Positions 48,409 through 58,534 of a DNA stretch of 64,000 nt are shown here, piece after piece. The stretch is from an uncultured bacterium (lineage in GTDB: Bacteria; UBA8481), in contig CAZCME010000002.1 of the NCBI GenBank assembly GCA_964499705.1, forward strand, positions 310,001 to 374,000. The letters are read 5' to 3'. Numbering within the stretch: the first letter of the stretch is position 1; each line of letters begins with the position of its first letter. A program made the translations under genes and the position numbers. The notes under the pieces are model-generated. The model was not told the DNA's origin, searched no databases, and worked only from the letters and a program-made list of their open reading frames with translations.

Positions 48409-51400
48409 TCATGCGTGACGCACTTCCGTCCGCCATTTCCAGACCAGATAAATGGCGGGGTACACAATCAGCTCCATCGCGAAGGACGTGAAGAGTCCGC
48501 CCACCATGGGAGCCGCGATTCTTTTCATGACATCCGCGCCGGTGCCGGTCGCCCAGAGTATGGGCACGAGTCCGATGAAAGTTGTCGCCACCGTCATGAA
48601 CTTGGGGCGGACCCTCATCACCGCTCCATGAACGATGGCTTCTTTAAGCTCGTCGAGCGACCGCATCTTACCGTCCTGCTTTGCTTTCTCGTATGACAGA
48701 TCCAGAAAAAGCAGCATGAAGATCGCGGTCTCCGCGTCGAGCCCCAGGAGCGCGATCAATCCGACCCAGACCGCGACGGAGATGTTGTAATCGAGCGCCC
48801 AGAGGAGCCAGACCGCGCCGATGGCGGAGAAGGGAACCGCCACGAGGACGATCATCGTCTTCGTGAACGAGCCCGTGTTCATATACAAGAGGAAGAAGAC
48901 AAGCAGGATGGTGATCGGCACCAGGATCTTCAGACGCTCCGCCGCGCGGAGCTGGAACTCATACTGTCCGCTCCAGCCGATGCGGTACCCGGGCGGAAGC
49001 ACTCCCGAGTCTATGATCTCGCTCTGCACCGCCGCTCGCGCATCCTCGACGAACGTTCCGAGATCCCTTTGCGCGAAATCAATGTTGATGTAGGCCGCAA
49101 GCGCGCCGTCTTCGTCCTTGATCATCGCCGGACCCGACGTGATCCGGATGTCGGCGAGTTGTTCCAGCGGGATCTGCGCGCCCGCCGCCGGAGCTCCCGC
49201 CATGCCAGACGTGCTGATGGCCGTTGCCATGCCCGAACCTCCGCCGTCGGCCGCGTTCGCCGCACCCCTGGCCATGATAGGAATGAGGACGCGCTTCAAT
49301 TTCTCCGGATCGTCACGGAGCTCCCGTGGATATCTCAACTGCACGGGATAGCGCTCTCTCCCCTCCACCGTCGTCGTCAACGTCATTCCGCCGATCACGG
49401 TCTCGATCGCCATGTTCACATCCTCGATTGAGAGTCCGTACCGCGCCGCCTCCTCGCGTTTGACGACGATCTCCACGTAGGGCGCGCCCAGAAGCGGCTC
49501 CGTCACGACGGATGTCGCGCCGGGTACCTTGCGAACAACCTCCGATATTCGATTGGCGAGTTCATCGAGAGTGGCGAGATCCTCGCCGTAGATCTTGATG
49601 CCGACCGGCGCGCGGATGCCGGTGGAGAGCATGTTGATCCGGTTCTCGATCGGCATCGTCCAGATGTTGGGCCACCCGGGAATCCGGCTCGCCACGTCCA
49701 GCTCCGCGCGCACTTCCTTCCAGTCCATGCGCCGCTCGTCCGGCCAGACGGAACGCATCATCGGCTCCATGAACCCGGGCACCTTTCCGCTCCACCATCG
49801 CGCATCGTGGATGAAGGGCCATTCGGATTCCTCCTTCAGCTGGATCGTCGTCTCCACCATGGTCAGGGGCGCCGGATCCGTGGCCGACACCGCCCGGCCG
49901 ATCTTGCCGAAGACCGATTTCACGGCCGGATGCGCGGCGATCATCCGGTCCTGCGCGCGGAGCACATTCGACGCGGTCGTGACGGAGGCTCCGGGCCTCG
50001 ATGAGGAAGGCATATAGAGAAACGATCCCTCCCACAACGAGGGCATGAACTCGCTGCCGAGCCGGAAATAGATGGGGATGGAGACGATGACCGCCATGAT
50101 GGCCAGCGCAATCACGCTCTTCGGCCATTCGAGAACCATCCGGCAGACCGGTTCATACAGGCGATGCAGCGCGCGGGAAATCGGATGCTCTTCCTCCTTC
50201 CGGATCTTCCCGACGAAGATCATCGTGACGAACCGGGAAAGAAACCGGGGACGAAATGTGAAATCCTTGTGGCGTGTGACGATCAGGCGGAGCGCGGGAT
50301 CGAGGGTGATGGCGAGAAAGGCCGCGAAGAACATGGAGAGGTTCTTCGTCAGCGCCAGTGGCCGGAAGAGTTTTCCCTCCTGGCCTGTCAGCGCGAAGAC
50401 GGGGAGAAAACTGACCGCGATGACAAGAAGCGAGAAGAAGGTCGGACGCCCGACCTCCTGCACCGCCTGGATGACAACCTTCTCCTCGTTCTCGACGCGG
50501 CCGCCCGACTCCCATTCCTCCAGCCTCTTGTGGACGTTTTCCACGACGACGATGGCGCCGTCCACGAGCGCGCCGATCGCCACGGCGATGCCGCCGAGGG
50601 ACATGATGTTCGAGCTGATGCCGAAGTACCACATCGGGATGAAGGAAATGAGAACGGCGAAGGGTATCGTGATGATCGGAACGAAGGCGCTCGGGAGATG
50701 CATCAGGAAGATGAGGATCACGATGGAGACGACGACCATCTCCTCCATGAGCGTGTGGTTCAGGGTCTCGATGGATTTCAGGATGAGATCGGACCGGTCA
50801 TAGACCGTCACGAGCTGCACGCCTTCAGGCAGCGTCGCCTTCAGCTCGTCGAGGCGTTTCTTGACCGCGTCGATCACGGAGAGCGCGTTTTCGCCGTAGC
50901 GTATGACGACGACGCCGCCGACGACCTCCCCTTTGCCGTCGAGCTCCGCCACGCCGCGGCGCATGTCCGGTCCGAGGACGACTCGGCCGATGTCGGCGAC
51001 GCGGATCGGCGTGCCCTCGGGAGTGGCGCCCAGGGAGATGTTCGCGAGATCCTCGACCTTCTCCACGTATCCCCTGCCGCGAATGATGTATTCCATCCCG
51101 GCCAGTTCCATCACACGCCCGCCCACATCGCGGTTGGATTTCCTGATGCGATCCGTGACGAGGTCGATGGAAAGTCCCCGCGCCGCCAGCGCGTTCGGAT
51201 CGATCTCGACCTGGTACGAGCGGACGAATCCGCCGATCGGAGCGACCTCCGCGACGCCCTCGACGCTTTCGAGCGCGTACCGCAGCGTCCAATCCTGGTA
51301 GGTTCTCAGCTCCGCCAGGTCGTTCTCGCCCGACGTGTCCACGAGCGCATACTGGAAAACCCAGCCCACGCCTGTCGCGTCCGGCCCGAGCTGAAGGTCG

Positions 51401-51807
51401 GCATCCTGCGGCAGTTGTCCCTGGATCTTGGAGAGATATTCCAGGACTCGCGAACGGGCCCAGTAGATGTCCGTGCCGTCCTCGAAGATGACGTAGATAT
51501 AGGCCATGGAAAAATCGGAGAAGCCGCGGACGACGCGAACGTTGGGCGCGGCGATGAGGGAGGTGATGATCGGGTACGTGATCTGGTCCTCGATCAACTG
51601 CGGATCGCGGCCCATCCACTGGACGAAGATGACGACCTGCGTGTCGGAGAGATCGGGGATCGCGTCGAGCGGGATCTGGCGCGTGGAATACCATCCTCCC
51701 GCCGCGATGAGAAGCGTGATGAAGATCGTGAGAAAACGGTTATGCGCCGACCACGCGATGACGCGTTCGATCACACCATTTTCATGGATGGGGCCCGCTC
51801 CGGCCAT
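48409..51807 (-). CDS. cusA: CusA-family heavy-metal RND efflux pump
   Basis: LDAIPDLSDTQV, DIYWARSRVLEYL, LGPDATGVGWV, NIMSLGGIAVAIGALVD, TDPAPLTM.ET, MKRIAAPMVGG. Confidence 0.93.
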   Translation of the reverse strand: MAGAGPIHENGVIERVIAWSAHNRFLTIFITLLIAAGGWYSTRQIPLDAIPDLSDTQVVIFVQWMGRDPQLIEDQITYPIITSLIAAPNVRVVRGFSDFSMAYIYVIFEDGTDIYWARSRVLEYLSKIQGQLPQDADLQLGPDATGVGWVFQYALVDTSGENDLAELRTYQDWTLRYALESVEGVAEVAPIGGFVRSYQVEIDPNALAARGLSIDLVTDRIRKSNRDVGGRVMELAGMEYIIRGRGYVEKVEDLANISLGATPEGTPIRVADIGRVVLGPDMRRGVAELDGKGEVVGGVVVIRYGENALSVIDAVKKRLDELKATLPEGVQLVTVYDRSDLILKSIETLNHTLMEEMVVVSIVILIFLMHLPSAFVPIITIPFAVLISFIPMWYFGISSNIMSLGGIAVAIGALVDGAIVVVENVHKRLEEWESGGRVENEEKVVIQAVQEVGRPTFFSLLVIAVSFLPVFALTGQEGKLFRPLALTKNLSMFFAAFLAITLDPALRLIVTRHKDFTFRPRFLSRFVTMIFVGKIRKEEEHPISRALHRLYEPVCRMVLEWPKSVIALAIMAVIVSIPIYFRLGSEFMPSLWEGSFLYMPSSSRPGASVTTASNVLRAQDRMIAAHPAVKSVFGKIGRAVSATDPAPLTMVETTIQLKEESEWPFIHDARWWSGKVPGFMEPMMRSVWPDERRMDWKEVRAELDVASRIPGWPNIWTMPIENRINMLSTGIRAPVGIKIYGEDLATLDELANRISEVVRKVPGATSVVTEPLLGAPYVEIVVKREEAARYGLSIEDVNMAIETVIGGMTLTTTVEGRERYPVQLRYPRELRDDPEKLKRVLIPIMARGAANAADGGGSGMATAISTSGMAGAPAAGAQIPLEQLADIRITSGPAMIKDEDGALAAYINIDFAQRDLGTFVEDARAAVQSEIIDSGVLPPGYRIGWSGQYEFQLRAAERLKILVPITILLVFFLLYMNTGSFTKTMIVLVAVPFSAIGAVWLLWALDYNISVAVWVGLIALLGLDAETAIFMLLFLDLSYEKAKQDGKMRSLDELKEAIVHGAVMRVRPKFMTVATTFIGLVPILWATGTGADVMKRIAAPMVGGLFTSFAMELIVYPAIYLVWKWRTEVRHA

Positions 51808-53219
51808 CAGTGCGAGTGACCCGTCCGGGGAGCCGGCTGCGATGCGGGCGGAGCAACGGGCGATGGAAGGACTTGCGTGTCGGCTGACGAGGAATGTCCC
51901 GCGGGATGCGCCGAGGGCGCCGGTGTCGGCGTGTTCCCGGCCCCGGCGTTCCTGATGGAGGCTTCCGAGTCGAGGAAGTAATTAGCGGTTTCGACGACCT
52001 GCTCGCCTTCCCTCAGCCCCGACTTCACGACATAACGCCCGCCGATCTGCTCGCCGATTTCCACCTCGCGCGCCGTGAACTTTCCCGGCTCCGATTCCAC
52101 ATAGACGATGTCCCGCGTTCCGGTGCGGATGACGGCGTCGATCGGAACGACAAGTTCATTACCGGATTTCCTGGAAAGAATAATCGTTCCGTACATGCCG
52201 GGCCGCAAAGCTGTGCCGGCATTGAGCAAAGTGATCCGGACCTGGTTTGTGCGCGCCTCGGCGTTCAGGAACGGAAAGATGTAATCGACCTGACCGGAAA
52301 AGTCCTGGCCCGGCAGCTGATTGATCCTGATCGTAACAGGCATTCCTTCCGAGACGCCTCTCATCTCGTTCTCGTAGACATCCGCAAGGATCCAGACGGA
52401 GGAAAGATCCGCGATGCTGAAGAGCGTCTGCGACGGCATGACCTCCATGCCGCGCCGGACCGTCATTTCCCTGACGTAACCGGAGGCAGGAGCGTGAAGT
52501 GTGATCGCGCGGCTTGCCTTGCGTGTCATCCGCAGCCGCGCCAACTCGTCGGCGGGGACGGAGTAGAGATCGAGACGCTGTTCCGCCGCGTGAAGCAGCG
52601 ACTCCGCCCGCTTCCTGGCATCCGGATCGCTCGACGTGGCCAGACGCTCCGACGCATCCATCGCGATGACATATTCCTCCTCGGAGGCGAAGAGCTCGGG
52701 AGAATAGATCGTCAGGAGAGGCTCCCCTTTCACGACCTTCTGCCCCGCGTAATCGATCATGAGTTCCTCGATCCACCCCTGCACACGCGTGTGGACATGC
52801 GCGATCTTTCGTTCGTTTTCCGCGACACGCGCGACCGCCCTGATTTCGCCTCCCGATGTATCCCGCGTGACCGGAACGGTGACGATGCCCAGGAGAGCGC
52901 GCATCTTGTCGTCCACGCTGATGACGCCGGGCTCCTCGGCTTTCCTGTAGTACAGATCCATTCCACAGATGGGGCACCGGCCCGGTTCCGCCTTATGGAC
53001 CTGCGGGTGCATCGCGCATGTCCAATAGCCTTCTTCACGAGCCGCGGCCGTATCGCCGACATTTCCCGCGGCCGCACCGCCATGAACATGGCCGCTCGTG
53101 GAGGCCGGCTTGCGGCCGGCGTCCAACCCGAACCACTCGGGTTTCCATGCGAAGGCTCCGACCAGCAGGAGAATCAGAAAGGTCAGCAGAACAAGTATCA
53201 GACCGATGCCGCGGCTCAT
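51807..53219 (-). CDS. cusB: CusB-family periplasmic adaptor with heavy-metal-binding domain
   Basis: WTCAMHPQV...CPICGMDL, GWIEEL, IYSPEL, DLSSVW, LRPGMY. Confidence 0.88.
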   Translation of the reverse strand: MSRGIGLILVLLTFLILLLVGAFAWKPEWFGLDAGRKPASTSGHVHGGAAAGNVGDTAAAREEGYWTCAMHPQVHKAEPGRCPICGMDLYYRKAEEPGVISVDDKMRALLGIVTVPVTRDTSGGEIRAVARVAENERKIAHVHTRVQGWIEELMIDYAGQKVVKGEPLLTIYSPELFASEEEYVIAMDASERLATSSDPDARKRAESLLHAAEQRLDLYSVPADELARLRMTRKASRAITLHAPASGYVREMTVRRGMEVMPSQTLFSIADLSSVWILADVYENEMRGVSEGMPVTIRINQLPGQDFSGQVDYIFPFLNAEARTNQVRITLLNAGTALRPGMYGTIILSRKSGNELVVPIDAVIRTGTRDIVYVESEPGKFTAREVEIGEQIGGRYVVKSGLREGEQVVETANYFLDSEASIRNAGAGNTPTPAPSAHPAGHSSSADTQVLPSPVAPPASQPAPRTGHSH

Positions 53220-54811
53220 GGCGAGACCTCCTCTTCGTTCATGGGGCGCCCCAGCAGCATCTCCACTTCGGCGACCGACTTATGGAATTCCGAAAGCCGC
53301 CGCGCCCGCTCTGTTTCGTACTGCTTCAGGGAGACGATGTTCGCGATGACCGTCATGAAATCGACCCGACCCGCCTGATAACCGGCGAGCGAAGCGCGGA
53401 TGGCGAACTCGGATTGCGGAATCATCGAGGAGTCGTACAGCTTGATGAGGTCGCGTGCTTCCTCCGTCATCGCGTAGTATTCCTCCAGCCACGCCCGGAG
53501 GCTCCGCCACTCCGCGTCAAAATCCGCCTTGGCGCCATCGAGATTATGTACCGCTTCCTTCACGAGTTCGCTCTGCTTGTCGCCCTGGTAAATGGGGAGC
53601 GTGATGGAGACGCCGGCGGCGACCATGGCAGGGAGACTTCCTCGCGGATAAACGCTGGCGAAGATGCCGTAATCGGGCATCCGGTTCTTCTCGGCGAGTT
53701 GGAGCGCGAGATCTTCGTGCAGGATCTTGGCTTGAAGCGCGTCCAGCATGGGATTATCCGTCCTCGCCATGTCGGCGAGCTGATCGACCGTGTACGGGAG
53801 ATCATACACGGGCTCCTCTCGGGGCCGGCCCACCGGCCGCGACGGATCATGGTCGCGCAGATCGTTCAGATGCGCGACTGCCGCGCGCTCCTCGCGCTCC
53901 AGCATCCTGAGCCGTTCGGTGGTCGCCGTGATTTCAAGTCCCGCGCGGAGGACATCCTCCTGCAGCGCGGAACCGGACGCATAGCGCGCCTCCACGCCGC
54001 TCGCAAGCTGCCGGAGGTTGTCGCGGGTCCGGCGCAGGATGTCGCGCTCCTTCATGACGCGGTAGAGATCCCAGTAATGCATCTTCAGGTCGGCGAGAAT
54101 CTTGTTGGTGATGACCTTGACGTCGGCCTCGGCATGATGCGCCATGTGCCGCGCGATTTCGCGGCGAAGACCCCGCTTGCCGGGCCCGGGGAACATCTGT
54201 TCGAGCGTGATCATGAACTGGGAATCGGGATCTTTTCCGTAGGAAGGAAAATCCTGGAAGGGCATGCCGTCCTGGTAGCCCAGCTCGAGCGTGGGATCTT
54301 CCAGCGCGCCGGCCGGCTTGATGCGCGACTGCGCCGCCGCCGCGTACGCGCGCGCGGCACGGATGGCAGGATGGCGATCGCGGCACTCCGCGAGCAGGAT
54401 GGAGAGAAACGCTGTCGGCTCGTCGGGGATTTGAGCGGAATGATGCTCGAGGCGTTGATGAAGCATCGGCGTGTCGGGAGCCGGTGACATCATGCGGGCG
54501 GTCGTATCGGGCGCTTTCTGCCCTGTTGAAACTGCCGCGACCTCCGTCTCGCCACCGGCTTCAGCAATCGGCTCCACATCGTCCATGGAATCGTGAGGAA
54601 GCAGGATCGTTGTCCCGGCCTTGATCGTGTACGGCTCGGTGAGATTATTGATGAGCGCGATCTCTTTCCAGCGCGTCACGTCTCCCATGATGTCGCGGGC
54701 GATCTTATACAAAGTGTCGCCTTCGCGGACGATATGCGAATGCGGCGCCGCCTGAGCGGCCGTTATGATGAGTGCGATTCCTACTATGACGATGGCCCGA
54801 AACTTGTTCAT
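53216..54811 (-). CDS. TolC/CusC-like outer-membrane factor with N-terminal LysM domain
   Basis: Signal peptide; LysM HIVREGDTLYKIAR...WKEIALINNL..PYTIKAGTTILLP; OEP motifs LEDP, QMFPGPGKR, PD, ITLPIY, YQAGRVDF. Confidence 0.85.
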   Translation of the reverse strand: MNKFRAIVIVGIALIITAAQAAPHSHIVREGDTLYKIARDIMGDVTRWKEIALINNLTEPYTIKAGTTILLPHDSMDDVEPIAEAGGETEVAAVSTGQKAPDTTARMMSPAPDTPMLHQRLEHHSAQIPDEPTAFLSILLAECRDRHPAIRAARAYAAAAQSRIKPAGALEDPTLELGYQDGMPFQDFPSYGKDPDSQFMITLEQMFPGPGKRGLRREIARHMAHHAEADVKVITNKILADLKMHYWDLYRVMKERDILRRTRDNLRQLASGVEARYASGSALQEDVLRAGLEITATTERLRMLEREERAAVAHLNDLRDHDPSRPVGRPREEPVYDLPYTVDQLADMARTDNPMLDALQAKILHEDLALQLAEKNRMPDYGIFASVYPRGSLPAMVAAGVSITLPIYQGDKQSELVKEAVHNLDGAKADFDAEWRSLRAWLEEYYAMTEEARDLIKLYDSSMIPQSEFAIRASLAGYQAGRVDFMTVIANIVSLKQYETERARRLSEFHKSVAEVEMLLGRPMNEEEVSP

Positions 54812-54872
54812 GGGAAACCTCCCGATAAGATGGCTCGCCTTGTGGGCGAGCATTCAACCTAAAGGAGGAGAA

Positions 54873-55286
54873 TCAGATGAGGAAAGCGCGATTAATCAGG
54901 AAGAGAGGCAGGGTTTGACGAGGAGGCGACTGGGACGCGACCGTTGGAGCGAGATGCTCGACGGGATGCGAAGTAACAGATGTGGCGGCGACGGCCACCA
55001 TCGCACCGCGCGAAGTCTCGATCGAACCGGCGACGGAATGATCCAACGGATCGGATGGCGAACACGGCATCATGCTGAAATCGCACGTTGCCTGCCATTG
55101 GGAGGCTCCGGAATTCGATTCAGCCGCGCTCTTGCAGCAGCAGGAGCCGTCATCCGAGGTTCCGCACGCAGATGTTTCGGCCGCTTCGCAGGATTGAGGA
55201 AGCAGTCCCGCCATAAGTGATAGAGCCAGCAGCAGGAGAGCAGCTCGGGAAAACGCAAGCCGTGAACGATGTCCGAGAGAAACCAT
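54873..55286 (-). CDS. Cys-rich exported leader-like protein ending PPRQTLPLFLINRAFLI
   Basis: Hydrophobic N-terminus, CCC cluster; promoter TTGACT-18nt-TATATT-6nt-ATG; first gene of the efflux operon. Confidence 0.65.
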   Translation of the reverse strand: MVSLGHRSRLAFSRAALLLLALSLMAGLLPQSCEAAETSACGTSDDGSCCCKSAAESNSGASQWQATCDFSMMPCSPSDPLDHSVAGSIETSRGAMVAVAATSVTSHPVEHLAPTVASQSPPRQTLPLFLINRAFLI

Positions 55287-55416
55287 GTGAGCAATATAGC
55301 TCCCGCGATCATGATAAGTCAAGGCGCGGCCGACCCGACGAACGTTCCAGCCCCTCGATGAACGCGTATATTTGCTCATATTTGAATGGTCGGGAAATAC
55401 CGTATGAACTTACGAA

Positions 55417-55794
55417 CTATCTTTTCTCCGCCAGGAGCAATTGAATGGCCGAAAGAAGTTTCTCCGGATCGTACGGCTTGGGCACGTAGGCGTTTGCTCC
55501 GACGGCGAAACCCGCCTCGATCTCCTTCTTCTGCGCGAGGCTGGAGAGAACGATGACGGCCAGGTTGCTCTGGGCCGGGTCAAGTCGGATCTTGCGGAGA
55601 ATCTCGAGGCCGTTACCATCCGGGAGCATGATATCGAGAATGAGGATATCCGGCTGCTTCGCGGCCAGCTCGGCGAGGCCCTCCGCGAGCGTCGTGGCGA
55701 TGCGCGACGCATAGCCGTAGCCGCGCAGGAGAATGCGGATGTTGCGGGCGAGATCCGGCTCGTCCTCGACGACGAGGATATCCGCCGGAGTCAC
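55417..55794 (-). CDS. Single-domain response regulator
   Basis: ILVVEDE, ILDIMLPDGNG, YVPKPY. Confidence 0.92.
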   Translation of the reverse strand: MTPADILVVEDEPDLARNIRILLRGYGYASRIATTLAEGLAELAAKQPDILILDIMLPDGNGLEILRKIRLDPAQSNLAVIVLSSLAQKKEIEAGFAVGANAYVPKPYDPEKLLSAIQLLLAEKR

Positions 55795-56720
55795 GAGCGT
55801 CCCTGCATCGCGGTCCGCTCCTTGCGCCGGTCGCGCTTGTGCTGGTACAGGGCGGCGTCGGCGTGCTGCTTCAGCGCTTCCGCGTCGCGGCCATCGTCGG
55901 GAAAGAGGGCCAGGCCCATGGAGCAGGCGGGATTCAGGGTCATGCCTCCTGCGAGGAACGATTCCGCTTCGATGGCGACGGAGAGTCGTTCGAGGAAGCG
56001 AGTCGCCGCCTCGCGATCCGTCTCCGGCAGGATCACCGCGAACTCGTCGCCACCGATGCGCGCGCCGCGGTCGGTGCCTCGGCAGGTGGCGATGATGGCG
56101 CGGGAGATGGCCTTGATGAGATCGTCGCCGGCGGCATGGCCATGCGTGTCGTTCACCATCTTCAGGCCGTCCGCGTCGAGCATCGCCAGGGCCATCGCGT
56201 GATGATAGCGCGAGGAGCGCGCCAGTTCCGTGGCGAGCCCCTGGTCGAAGGCGAGGCGATTCCAGAGCCCGGTGAGAGCATCGCGTCGCGATACTTTCTG
56301 GGCTTTCTCCAGTCGCATGCGCTGTTTCATGACGGATGATATCTGCGCCACGAGCTCCGCGGGTTCGAACGGCTTCGTGATGTAGTTGATCGCGCCGCTG
56401 AAGAGCCCCTGCAGGCGGTCGTCGCGAGCGCCCTGGGCCGTCAGGAAGATGACGACGGGCGGATCGTCCATCGCGTTCATCCTCTCCATTACTTCGAAAC
56501 CGCCGAGACGCGGCATGGTGACATCGAGCAGCACGAGGTCGATATCGTCTCTCTCGATGATCTCCAGGGCGATATCGCCGTCCTCGGCGATATCCACCTG
56601 GTACCCTACGGCCTTGAGGAGGATGGTCAGCACCTTGCGGATGTCCGGGTCGTCGTCGACAACGAGGATCCGCCCTCCCCCCTCGTTCATCTTCGGAAGA
56701 TTCATCGCCGCATTAACCAT
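55791..56720 (-). CDS. REC-GGDEF diguanylate cyclase
   Basis: ILVVDDD, LLDVTMP, KPF; DALTGLWNR, NDTHGHAAGD, I-site RGTD, RIGGDEF. Confidence 0.92.
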   Translation of the reverse strand: MVNAAMNLPKMNEGGGRILVVDDDPDIRKVLTILLKAVGYQVDIAEDGDIALEIIERDDIDLVLLDVTMPRLGGFEVMERMNAMDDPPVVIFLTAQGARDDRLQGLFSGAINYITKPFEPAELVAQISSVMKQRMRLEKAQKVSRRDALTGLWNRLAFDQGLATELARSSRYHHAMALAMLDADGLKMVNDTHGHAAGDDLIKAISRAIIATCRGTDRGARIGGDEFAVILPETDREAATRFLERLSVAIEAESFLAGGMTLNPACSMGLALFPDDGRDAEALKQHADAALYQHKRDRRKERTAMQGRS

Positions 56721-56770
56721 GGCCCATTATGCCGCGCTTTCGAGCGGCGTCAAACCCGAGTCTCTTCCTC

Positions 56771-58489
56771 TCATCGAAGAACCGTCTCCAGCGAGTGCTC
56801 GCCGTTCTGCTCTTTCACAAAATCCGGAGCTACCAGCGGAAGGACGACCGTGAAGCGGGCGCCGGTCCCGTCGTGAGCGGGACGGTTCTCGGCCCAGATG
56901 CGGCCGCCGTGGGCCGTCACGATGCCCTGGACGATGGAAAGACCCAGCCCGGTGCCGTGGCGCCCCATGTGCTTCTTGACCTGGTGGAACCGTTCGAAGA
57001 TCAGCGATATTTCCTCCTCCGGGATGCCCGGCCCGTCGTCCTCCACGATGATGCAGGCGCTCGTCCCGTCGGAAAAGAGCGCGATGCGGATTTCCTTCGC
57101 GGCGAACCGGAGCGCATTGCCGACGATGTTCGTCACGACCTGGACGATCCTGTCTTCATCGACGGAGATTTCGATCGGATCGTCGGGCATGTCGAAATTG
57201 AGCGCGATCCCCTTTTCCTTCGCGATGGTGGAGACGCCGTTCACCGCCCACTTCACGGGAACGCGGAGGTCCATCGTCTTCAGGTCGAGATGGAAGGCTC
57301 CGGATTCGATCCGGGAGAGATCGAGGAGATTCTCTATGAGACGCCGAAGGCGGTCGACGTTGCGCTTGATGATGTCGAGCGCTTCCTTCTGGTCGTCTGT
57401 GACCGGCCCGAGGAATCCGAACATCATGTTCGCCGCAGCGCCCTTGACCGCCGCGATCGGCGTCCTCAGCTCATGCGAGACATTCGAGACGAATTCGCTC
57501 TTCAGGCGGTCGAGCTCCAGCAGCCTCCGGTTGGCCTGCTCCAGCTCCATCGTCTGCCGCTTGATGAGATCCAGGGCTTTCTTCTGCTCCGTGATGTCGC
57601 GCGCGATCGTCGTCGCCCCGATCACGGCTCCGCTCTCGTTCTTGACGGGATAGCGCGACAGGGAGACGTGGATCGGAAGGCCGCCCTTGCGGATCCGCAC
57701 GGTCTCGACATGTTCCTCACGGTCTCCCCTCTTGATGGCCGACAATTCCTCCGCGGCTTCCCCCGGCCGGTCGGAGGGAATCAGCAGGAGCACGGACCGC
57801 TCCTCGATCTCGTCGGGCGCGTAACCGAATATCCGCTCCGCGCCTTTGTTCCAGCTGACGATCGTCCCGTTGACCGTCTGGCCGACGATCGCATCGTCGG
57901 AAGAGGCGACGATCGCGGCCAGGCGCGCGAGCGACTCCTCCGCTTCCTTCAGCTCGGTGACATCCTGGCAGGCGCCGTAGACGCGGACGGGACGGCCTTT
58001 CTCCATCACGATGTCGCCGCGGACATGGAGCGTCCTGACGGTGCCGTCGGGACGGATGATGCGCTTGTAATATTCCACGGGCGAGCAGGACTCGATGGCG
58101 GACGTCGTCGTCTGGCGAACGCGCTCGCGGTCGTCCGGGTGAACGCGCGACAGGAGCGCATCCGCGACATCCTCGAACTCGCGCTTCGGAATACCATAGA
58201 TGCGGAAGAGCTCGTCGGACCACGTCATCTTGTTCGTCAGCATGTCCCATTCCCAACTTCCGAAATGCGCGATCTTCTCCGCCTCGGCCAGCAGCTTCTG
58301 GCTGCGCCGCAGTTCCTCTTCCGCCTTGTTGCGCACCGCCAGCTCGGATTCGAGCGCGGTCGACTTCTCGATGACCGTCTTCTCCAGTTCTCCGGCGTGC
58401 ATGCGGGTGCGATTGACGACCGGAAGAAGGAGAAGAAGGAGCGTGGAGATCGCGAGGATCGATATGACGCCGATGGTCAGCATGGGCAC
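56771..58489 (-). CDS. PAS-domain sensor histidine kinase
   Basis: One TM; PAS/PAC units (GSWEWD, VHPDDR, WNKGAERIFGY); VSHELRTP, DDGPGIP, GTGLGL. Confidence 0.92.
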   Translation of the reverse strand: MPMLTIGVISILAISTLLLLLLPVVNRTRMHAGELEKTVIEKSTALESELAVRNKAEEELRRSQKLLAEAEKIAHFGSWEWDMLTNKMTWSDELFRIYGIPKREFEDVADALLSRVHPDDRERVRQTTTSAIESCSPVEYYKRIIRPDGTVRTLHVRGDIVMEKGRPVRVYGACQDVTELKEAEESLARLAAIVASSDDAIVGQTVNGTIVSWNKGAERIFGYAPDEIEERSVLLLIPSDRPGEAAEELSAIKRGDREEHVETVRIRKGGLPIHVSLSRYPVKNESGAVIGATTIARDITEQKKALDLIKRQTMELEQANRRLLELDRLKSEFVSNVSHELRTPIAAVKGAAANMMFGFLGPVTDDQKEALDIIKRNVDRLRRLIENLLDLSRIESGAFHLDLKTMDLRVPVKWAVNGVSTIAKEKGIALNFDMPDDPIEISVDEDRIVQVVTNIVGNALRFAAKEIRIALFSDGTSACIIVEDDGPGIPEEEISLIFERFHQVKKHMGRHGTGLGLSIVQGIVTAHGGRIWAENRPAHDGTGARFTVVLPLVAPDFVKEQNGEHSLETVLR

Positions 58490-58534
58490 GGCAATTCTAC
58501 GTGCACCGGGATGAATTGGAACGCGAAATATGTC

